The notes under the pieces are model-generated. The model did not search any database, had not been told where the DNA came from, and saw only the letters and a program-made list of their open reading frames with translations. Positions 54,851 to 64,000 of a stretch of 64,000 nucleotides of DNA are shown in pieces. Source of the DNA: Strigamia acuminata (lineage: Eukaryota). Within the stretch, counting starts at the first letter, position 1, and each line of letters starts with the position of its first letter. The translations under genes were made by a program, and so were the position numbers. The stretch lies in NCBI GenBank assembly GCA_949358305.1, contig OX442314.1, positions 10,416,001 to 10,480,000 on the forward strand, written 5' to 3'.

Positions 54851-56126
54851 TCGGCGTCGGTCAAATCTCAAGTGTCGCAAAGAATAGACAAGAAATCGCT
54901 TGTTGGCCTAGACTGGTTTTGGTCAGCTGACCGGAAATGATTCGAGGTACTTTATTTTGGGAGTGATTAAAGGTTGTAAGGGCAGCTGAAAAAGGGCAGC
55001 CGGCGACGTCCAAACACCCCTAGTGCCTTCCTCCCTCCAGTTGGTTTATCGCTCTGTACTCATAATGAAAATGGCGGCACTGGGTGTTAGTGGGCAGATG
55101 GTTGACGACTAAGCGTGCGCCATATGAGTAATTTAGGGCATTACTCCTCCCCACTCTACGCATTCTCAAACAAAATTCTATAAATAAAAGTTACAAAACG
55201 GTTTATATATCAAGATAAGTATCAAAAGTGTCAAAAACGAAGAAATTTTGCTTTTATTTGCTCAATAGCGGCAATCACGGCCCACGATGTGAAAGAGGAA
55301 AGTTAATAAAAGAAATGTGAAAGACGAGTGAGGGCGCGCTGTAAGTCGCTCACTGCAGTGTATGGGTCTTTTGAGGAGTTAGCAGTTCTTTTAATTAAAA
55401 ATATATATCGGAAGTTGCACAGATACTTAAAATAGCGGCGCTGGGCGCCCTTTATTGGGTCTCGGTGCCTCTTTGAAAGAGGAGATTTGTTGGGATCAGA
55501 AGTTAATCACACTCGGCTTGGAAAGTTTGTGGAATTCACCACCAGAATGCGCCACTAACGCATGGCGAATTCTCACACGAGCCGAGCGAGGCATTCGAAT
55601 GATAGGAATGCATTGTCGTTGCCGAATTCTTGTCGAGTTTCGCACCAATGAGTAATTAAGGAATCCCGGTATAATCTCCCACACGTTAGAACGTTACGGT
55701 TAATAGATTTTTATGTATGTTTTTGGGCACGGTTTGTTTGTTTGCACGCGGGCGCCATGTTGGAAAATGGCGGGTTTTTGGTTCGGTTTGTTGTTTGTTT
55801 TTTTGGTTGAAAATGGCGAGCTTTTGGGTCGGGATCGACGGGTACAGACGCACAGGTGTTGGGAGAGTGAGTCACACCTGGAATTCCAAGTGCAATGCCA
55901 GGAGGAAGTTGAGTCGATGCTTATGGGGCATTCGCCCGCGTTTTATCACGCTCTGGTTAACACCAGATGGCGCAAATGCAGCAACACTTGTGTTTCAAAA
56001 GTTTGGTAGTAATCATTTATTTAAACCACATGTGTAATTGATGATAAATTAAACGCATGATTGACCGGTTGAGGAAATAATTTAATTTTTTAGGTAATTT
56101 TTTTTTTTTATATTTTAAAATTTTTT

Positions 56127-59100
56127 CTAAAGAAATTTAAAAACTGATTTTTCTTGATGGCTGAATCGCTCGGCGAGGTTTTTCCGTTCGAGTTTGGGCC
56201 TTTTGCGCACGGAGGAGACTTCCGGGACCTTAAAAATTAATTTTTAGATGTTGTTCGGGTGGGATATTTGCGGTTTTTACCTCTCTGACGGGTTCTTTAG
56301 GAGGCGAGACGGCGATAAATACGAATTTTCTTGAATTTTTAACGCCCATCGCATTAGTTTCGCTCGGTTTTGTTTTATCGTTCGCTTTATTCGGGTTTGA
56401 TTGAGCTTTACTGAAGAAAGAACCTCGGCGGAACTGGAAAAAATAATTGTTTGAATTAATTTTTTCAGAATCGTGGCCTGGTCCGTGTAGACGCCTGGGA
56501 TCATTTAAGCACTTCGGTAGGGATCACATACAGTTCATGCATTAAACGTTGGGTCAATTTAGCGTTAGGGGTTGTACACTTACGTGTACATGACGTCAGA
56601 AATGCAGTACAGACGGCCCGAAAACCTCCAATTTTGGCGTAAAAAGTGCATAGAAAGTAGTGTGTGCACAAGTTTTTGTTTTTGGGCATAAAAAGTTCAT
56701 TTTTGGGCATAAAAAGTTCATTTTTGGGCATAAAAAGTTCATTTTTGGGCATAAAAAGTTCATTTTTGGGCATAAAAAGTTCATTTTTGGGCATAAAAAG
56801 TTCACTTTTGCATAAAATTCCAATTTTGGGGATAAAATTCCACTTTTGGGCATAAAATTCATAAAATTCCATTTTTGGGCTTAACTTTCGGAGGTATAAA
56901 ATGTACCTGTTTTGGTACTATATAAGGCATTACCAGTTTAGGGACAAAGCGATATTTGGTTTGTTTTTAGTTGCCAATTAATTTTGAAAAGGGCGCAACA
57001 CGTAAACAATAAGAATAATTAAGTTTGAACCATCTGGTGGGGGTTTCAAATACTTTTTACTAATGCAAAGCCTGCTTTTAAGCAGATATACTGGAGCTTT
57101 AACGGGCAGAAAATTTCAGTTTACAATAATTAATTAAATAAATAATGAATGGCTATAAATTTCATGTGAGGAAAAGACTATCATCATATAATAAACAGTC
57201 ACAAATTTTCAGCAACATAAATAAACAGGAAAAAATTCATATTTAAGAAACTGCTTGTCCCCAAATCGCGTAAAGCCTTATGCCTCTGAGGGTTAAGAAA
57301 TATATTTTTTGTGCATAAAATGAACAGTTTTGTGCATAAAATGAACAGTTTTGTGCATAAAATGAACAGTTTTGTGCATAAAATGAACAGTTTTGTGCAT
57401 AAAATGAACAGTTTTGTGCATAAAATGAACAGTTTTGTGCATAAAATGAACAGTTTTGTGCATAAAATGAACAGTTTTGTGCATAAAATGAACAGTTTTG
57501 TGCATAAAATGAACAGTTTTGTGCATAAAATGAACAGTTTTGTGCATAAAATGAACAGTTTTGTGCATAAAATGAACAGTTTTGTGCATAAAATGAACAG
57601 TTTTGTGCATAAAATGAACAGTTTTGTGCATAAAATGAACAGTTTTGTGCATAAAATGAACAGTTTTGTGCATAAAATGAACAGTTGTGTAAAAACCCCA
57701 TAAAAATAGGTTTTTTTCTAATTCATCTAAATAAACGCCTGGCTCAAATAATCACCTTGCACCAAATAGACACCTGAGGATGAGGAGGTCGGGTCTTAAA
57801 AAAGATTAAATGCGGGCTTTTACGGTAATTTTAGCTGTAAAATTCAATTTACCTTCAATAATTTACTTGGTGACTTTGGCGACAGAAAATTAAATGGAAC
57901 CGGCGCTTTTTCCGCAACAGAAACTAAAAAAAAAAATAAAAAAATTTTAAAAAATTATAATTTCTATAAATTATTTTTTTTTAACCTTCCATCGAATGCG
58001 TCTTAGTCCTAACATTGAAAAACTCGACTTCCGGTTCCTCAATTTCGCCTTCCTTCGCCTTTTCCTGCCTCCATTTCTCCTTGTCGAGTTTTTCCATCTT
58101 CTTCCTCAACTCCTCTCGCTCGTCTTCGTCGTCTCCGTTCTCCTCGCCCGATAAATTCGTCTCCGTTCCGTCTTGAATTCCGTTGTAAATGTCTCTCCAC
58201 CTGAACTTTTTTTCCCGACCCTTTCCATCCGTGTGCAGGTCGCCGTCTTCGAGATACCACTCTTTGAGCAAACGAATTTCGCGCGCGTCTTCGTCGTCCA
58301 TCGCCTTGAAATGCGCGCGACCCACTTGGTCACGAAGCGCGTCTTGATTCGGAAGACATTCGTCCATGTCGCCCAACTCTTCTTGCAAAACGTCGTCTTC
58401 GGACATGTCCTCTTCGTCGCTGCTCGCATCACTTCCGGACAACTCGGCTTCTTTTTCGAAAAATTCCGCGATTCTGCGCTTCCTGGTGACGGTTTCGGTC
58501 ACGATTTCCTCGTTTTCGTCGTAAATCGCGTCTTTATCCTCACTTTCGGACGACTCCGCTTCGCTTTCGGAGCTTTCAAACACAATTTTTCGCTTTCGGG
58601 TCGAATTTTGGGGGAAAAGTTCATCAGTTTCGTCTTCTTCGGCCTCGTTTTCATCGTTTTTTCGTTTAAAATCGACATTTCCGTCGTCCGAAAGGTGAAA
58701 ATCGTCCATTTCGTCCCTTTTTCGCTTTCTTTCGTCGCTAATTTCAGCGTTTTTGCCTCGAGAATCGATAAATTCGTCATTTGTACATCGAAAATCGACC
58801 ATTTCGTTGTTTTCACGTTGAAAATCTTCCATTTCGTCTCCAGTTTCGTCCCCTGTTCGTTTTCTTTCGTCAACAAAAGCGTCGTTTTCGACATTAGGCA
58901 CGGGCGATCCGAATTCTCCAGAGCAAAGTTCGATTAATTTGGCGAAATTTTGCGATTTCGTTTCCGGATCGATTAACTTCCTCACGTTTTTACGCGGCGA
59001 TTTTGGAGATCCGAATTGACCCGAACACAAACCAATCAAATCGTCCATTCCAACTTCTTCACTTTTCTCCTGAATTTGCGAATCGGCGGTCTGAGTCAAA

Positions 59101-61624
59101 CTCAGGTTTAAGTTGTAACACATTTGCGAGTTCGGGTACTGGGACTGGCTATTCATCGGTATAGACATGATACTTTTCAATGCCGCTTCCTCCTCCAGGG
59201 TCGGAATTTGATTGAGCTAAAAAAAATTTAAAAGTTTTTAGTTTTTAGTTTTAATTCGATTAAATAAAAATGGAAATAAATACGGACTTTGCGGCTCTTC
59301 AACGTCTCGGGTGAAAACAAGGCTCGTTCAATTTCCGGTGTCGTTTGGGTAAATAAATTGCGTGTGTATCGCTGGCCCGGCGTAAACAGATGACCCATGC
59401 CGTAATTATTATCTGCACTAATGTTACTCGTGTCTAGAGAGTTATTTTCCGTTTCTGTTAAGAGAAAAATCAAAAAATTAAAAACGTTTACAGAAAAACC
59501 AAAAAAATCAGAAATAAAACAAAAATATTAGGAAATAAAACATAAAAAATCATAAAAACCCCTAAAAAATAAGAAAAAACCCCCCAAAAAATCAGAAAAC
59601 CCCTAAAAATAAGAAAAAAACCCCAAAAAATCAGAAAAACCCCTAAAAACTCAGAAAAATCCTAAAAAATAAGAAATAAACCCCAAAAAATAAGAAAAAC
59701 CACTAAAAAAAATCAGAAAACAACCCTAAAAAATCATAAAAACCCCTGAAAAGATCAAACCCCTTAAAAAAACTAGAAAAAAACCCTAAAATATCAGAAA
59801 AAACCCCTAAAAAGATCAGAAAAACCCAAAATTCATTCAGAAAACCTCACAAATAGGAAAAAACACACAAAAATCAGGAAAAAAACCCAAAAACAACCCA
59901 AAAACACAAAAATCAGGAGAAAAAACACAAAAAATGCAAAATAAAAATTCTTTTTTTTTAAAACCATAATTCCTTCGAAAATCTGAACTTGCATGTGAGT
60001 TTTCGACTCCTCCAAACCGGAAATGGAAATATCGCAATTCCCCTCCTCCAAATCGTCATTTTCCTCCATTTCTTCCTCGTCATCCGCATCCTCCTCTTCA
60101 TCCTCCGCCTCGTCATCGATAAAAATATTCCTCCGTGTTTTTTTCTCTCTCAATGAAACAAAATCCTCCTCATCTTCTTCCTCCTCTTCTTCATCAGTAT
60201 CAGTTTGATCCGTCAACTCCGCTTCCTCCTCTTCTTCCACCTCCGCCTCGTTTTCCGCCCTCACTGCCGAACCCTTCCTCGTTATCCATTTCGTGCAATT
60301 CGATCCTTCTCCGCCTTTCCATCTCCCGTTTTTCCGCCATTTTCATCCTCAATTGCTCCTTCAAACCCAGCAATTGCGCGCCGGGCGTTTCGCTGAACTT
60401 CACAACCTTCTTGGCATCTCTCTCTCTCTTTCCTCTTTCGCCGTTTTCGTTTTACTCAGTTGGAGCGTGTGGTCCGCGAATCGTTGGAAAAACTCCTCCT
60501 GTCCCGAGTAATCGCAGTCGAGGTCCAGCGGAGTCGTACTCAAACGCGGAGTCGAAGCGGTCGCTTTGAGCAGTCGAAGAGTTGCCAACGTCGGCGTTAA
60601 TCCGCTAGATTTGACCGGTTTTGGCACATCCGGAGTGGTCGCTCGAACGGGCAGTGTGTTTTCGAGTTCTTCGGGGTCTTTAATCGGTTCTATCGTCGTA
60701 ATTTCTTCGATTTTCGCACTTTGCGCTTCGTTTTGCGTCGTTGGCTTGGCAATGGTGGCGAAAACATCGGGCAAATCGTCATCAGAGTCCATCCGAATAT
60801 CATTTTCGGTCGACGGGGGTTCGATTTCGGTCGTATTTTGGTCTAAATGGACGAGGAAAGGCTTGATTTTGGTTGTATTTTGATCGAAAAGGAGCGGGCA
60901 AGGCTTGATTTCGGTCGGGATGTGTGTTTTTCTGTTGAGAAAATATTGCAACGTTTTCTGCTCGGGTTTGTGGTACGGAATTGAAACCGCCGATTGACGA
61001 ATTATCCGTTGGGTTTCACTGTGGATGTTCAAAACGTCTTCTTTTTCTTTACGGATCGATTGTTTGGTCTTGGGAAAATCGTTTTATTAAATTTATTTAC
61101 TTATTGTAATTTTTTTTGTTATTAAATTTTTACTTTTATGTTTTTTTTTACGGTTTTCTTCTGTTTTGTGTTTAGATTTGCGTCGTTTTCTTGTTTACAA
61201 TTGGGAGTTTCCTCGTCCGAGCCCTCTGCGTCGAATAAATCGGATTCTTGGAGAAATTTATTGATCTGTAAAATGTATAAATAAATGAATGAAATTAAAA
61301 AATGTGAGAAAAATTAATTTTTTTTAAAATTTAAATTACTGAAAATGGTATTGGATCGGATGGGTCGTTCGAAGAATCGTTGGCATCGCTTCGACTCGGC
61401 ACTTTTTCCACAGTAATTTCGGGAATTTGTGTAGTTTCCGAAGGATTTTCTTGGGTTTCTTCGTCGCTGTCGTCCAGGATTGCGCGCCCGGTTCGTTTTT
61501 TGGATACTTTGCGGAAATTAACGACTTCGTCGTCCTCGTCGCTGTCTCGTGTGGCATTTTCTGTCACGTACGATTCATTCGGCGAACTACAGCTCTCGTT
61601 ATCATCGATTGTCATCTTGCCCAT
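56127..61624 (-). CDS. CLSPN: Claspin (replication checkpoint adaptor, Chk1-binding), multi-exon, with two apparent frameshifts
   Basis: Minus-strand exons approx. 61624-61340, 61265-61134 (or 61152), 61068-60018 (donor uncertain), 59454-59288, 59216-57986, 57923-57853, 56433-56281, 56228-56127. Claspin-like motifs: IHSETQRIIRQSAVSIPYHKP; PGAQLLGLKEQL..DNEEGF; two Chk1-binding repeats LIGLCSGQF and LIELCSGEF; FFEKEAELSGSD..D.D.RE...YLEDGDLHTDG.GRE.KFRW (MRC1-like); NSRKFVF; C-terminal KSVFKFL*. Confidence 0.92.
57308..57686. repeat. Perfect 21-bp tandem array in a Claspin intron (~18 copies)
   Basis: TTTTGTGCATAAAATGAACAG repeated without visible variation. Confidence 0.95.
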
Positions 61625-62021
61625 ATTACTAACATTACTTGAGCTGTCTTCTCTTTGCTTGCACCGAATCAAGTTTGGCGGGAAAGGAAAAACATCAACT
61701 TCCGGTTTAGTACTCGCACAGTTATTTTCAAAATAAAATCGTGTAAAAACAAATTAATTATTGTATTTATACAGAATAAAATATCATATTAATTCAATTT
61801 GTTTAATAACGTTAGTTTTGTGCTATTTGATGTTGAAATACAAGATCTAAACGAGGAAATTGAAAATATGGTATTTATTTTTGTTCTCGTCAGATGGCGC
61901 TAGCTCTCAATTGAATTCAAGGAATTCAACGACGTACCTTTCTTGTATAAACCTGTTCGCCATTTTGATTTGGACAAGCAAAACTCTGCTTCGTTGTCTG
62001 AAGGTCTGACTAATTCCATCA
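61625..62021. promoter_or_regulatory. Bidirectional promoter between Claspin and NXF1
   Basis: Divergent ATGs ~400 bp apart. E2F-type TTTGGCGGGAAA at 61674-61685, ETS-type ACTTCCGG at 61698-61705, CHR-like TTTCAAA near 61726, YY1-type CGCCATTTTG near 61958. Confidence 0.7.
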
Positions 62022-63790
62022 ATGTCTGATTTAAAGTTTAGAGTATCTCGAGACCAGGGATCATCACGCACACCATATTACCGTAAGTGTTTCTTGCTCC
62101 AAAAAACGTTAATTTAGTCGTTTAACGCGATCTGTGTTGGCACTTAAGCGCAAACATAACTTGTTGCGACGTTAGGCCTAAAAATGTACAAATTTCAATT
62201 GACAACTTCCTCGTTTAGAGCATGACGACAGGGACGAAAGAATAGTAAAATTTAAGTCAAACAGTAACGGTGGAGGTCGCAGACGAAGAAGAGACAATCG
62301 TAAGTCGTTCGATGATTTAAAAATTTGAAATTTGGAGCAAAAATTGATTTCTTCTTCTCCAGATTTAAAGCAGGCCGATGGCCGTTCTACTTTCTATGAT
62401 GAGGAAGGAGACGTGCAAATGGAAGCAGACAATGAACCGTCGAGGAAATCACGATTGTAATGGAGATTTAATTGAAAAATATATTTTTTTGTGTTTATTT
62501 TGATCTTTTTTTGTTGATTAGTGTTCCGTATGAAGCCAGAGGTGGCTTCAATAGGGGGAAAAATCGAAGACAACCGAGACGGTGGGGTCGTGGATGTGCG
62601 GATGGTGGATATAATCAAAGAAATGATAGAAATAGTCGATCCAATAGCAACTGGTTTCGAATAGTGGTGTGTATTTGATGTTGATGGTGAGAGAATCATT
62701 TTTTTGATTGTGTTATTTTTATTTTGTAGATTCCAAAGATGATCAATGTAGATAAAAACACAATTTTGGAGAGCATCAAACAAAAATCTCATGTTCCATT
62801 TGTTCCGTTTAACGTATGTTTAACAGAAATCGAATAATTAAGTGGTTCTTTCAATGAAAATAGATAACATTTGTTATTTTTTTTTATAAAATAGTAATTA
62901 TTTTAATTTAATAGTGAAGATTTATCAGTTTTTCTATAAAATAGGAAAAATTTGTCAGTTTTACTATGAAATAGTGACAATTTGTCAGTTTTACTATGAA
63001 ATAATGACAATTTGTCAGTTTTTTTTTTATTGAAAATAACACGTTTCCACATTTTCAATGAAAGTATTTTTTTTTCTTTTTAGCGAAAATGATAGAAAAT
63101 TAAATAATTTCTCATTTTTTTACAGTTTAACTACGAAGGTTCTTACGCCATATTTCACGTTGAAGGGCGCGAATGCGCCAGAGCAATCGAAAGACTAAAT
63201 GGCGAAATTTCTTCGCCAAATGGAACCAAAGTAAATTTAAATTTTTTTTTTAAATTAAAATAAAACAAAAATATATAATGTGAAATAAATTTCAGATGGT
63301 GATTAAAGCATATCCGAGTTCACAACCCCCTGAAATTCCATTGGATGAACACGTTTTGGCCAGAATCAAACTAGCCATGGACAAGCGCTACAATTCCAAC
63401 ACAAAATCACTCGATTTATCGTCGTTTGTCAACGATAGTGGTAAGTAGCGAAGCTGAAATCACAACAACAACAACAAAAATAAATCCAACACTTTGCGAA
63501 TTATTTCAGAATTTAAGAACAACGGCGTATACATTTCCCTGAATAGAAAAAACGTGTTCACGAGTATAATCGAAATTATCGAAGAACATATTCCAGAAGT
63601 AATAACAAAATAAAAAATCAATTTTTTTTAATTAAATTAAATTTTTAATTTCAGTTATTAGCGTTGAATTTGGCCGACAATAAATTGACATCCGAACAAT
63701 TGGCGTTGATGTCGGGTAAACTGAAAAATGTCAAAATCCTAATACTAGCAGGAAATTACGTGAGTTGAAATATAACGTAAAAATTAAGTT

Positions 63791-63822
<32 letters not shown>

Positions 63823-63937
63823 GTCAGTTAAAAAATTTAAACGACCTGAATTCGATCAGAGAATTAGCCTTGGAGGAGTTAATAGTGTTGCGAAATCCGT
63901 TGTGCGACAGCAACAAAGACCAGGCAGCTTTTGTTAG
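62022..63937 (+). CDS. NXF1: Nuclear RNA export factor 1 (NXF1/TAP/small bristles), 3'-partial, multi-exon
   Basis: Exons 62022-62082, 62219-62299, 62363-62456, 62522-62666, 62730-62813, 63126-63230, 63296-63440, 63510-63598, 63655-63759, 63828-63937, all GT-AG and phase-consistent. Motifs: YQHDDR; DEEGDVQM..RFVPY (PY-NLS-like); NWFRIVIP (RRM-like); AMDKRYNSNTKSLDLS; IEEHIPELLALNLADNKL and LEELIVLRNPLCD (LRR). Confidence 0.92.
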
Positions 63938-64000
63938 GTAATGTTAACGCTCGATTAACAATTTGTAGGTGCATTGACGCGTTGGTCAAATGTGGGCGTT

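Noticed and set aside
57308..57686. CRISPR-like regular repeats
   Set aside because: Head-to-tail units with no unique spacers, in a eukaryotic intron.
57756..57794. Small extra Claspin exon
   Set aside because: The flanking exons join in phase 0 without it, and the sequence resembles a TACCGTA-type DNA transposon end.

Overview
AT-rich animal genomic DNA, most likely an invertebrate protostome/arthropod (inferred from gene structure and miR-279/bantam-type target sites). It holds four host genes. (1) The 3' part of a multi-exon Ral GTPase-activating protein alpha gene (RALGAPA, +, 412 to ~16963). (2) An intronless INSM1/nerfin-1/egl-46-family SNAG zinc-finger gene (-, 26455-27777) with a long putative 3'UTR and a ~28 kb upstream gene desert of enhancer-like islands. 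(3) Claspin (-, 56127-61624). (4) The 5' part of NXF1/TAP/sbr (+, from 62022), head-to-head with Claspin. Mobile DNA includes an intact, very recent Ty1/Copia LTR retrotransposon (45986-50559), an internally deleted second Copia (18323-18983), a Gypsy integrase relic and several MITE-like elements. Most long introns and spacers carry local tandem arrays with ~20/30/40-bp units, which produce most of the spurious ORFs in the track. Most notable: a dense cluster of miR-279-type sites with 3'-supplementary pairing plus a highly complementary let-7 site downstream of the INSM stop; candidate 6-nt and 45-nt cassette exons, a GC-AG intron and a possible internal first exon in RALGAPA; two compensating frameshifts in Claspin; and the conserved 110-nt exon/retained-intron cassette of NXF1. 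All calls were made by eye and all homology statements are from memory; no database search was run.
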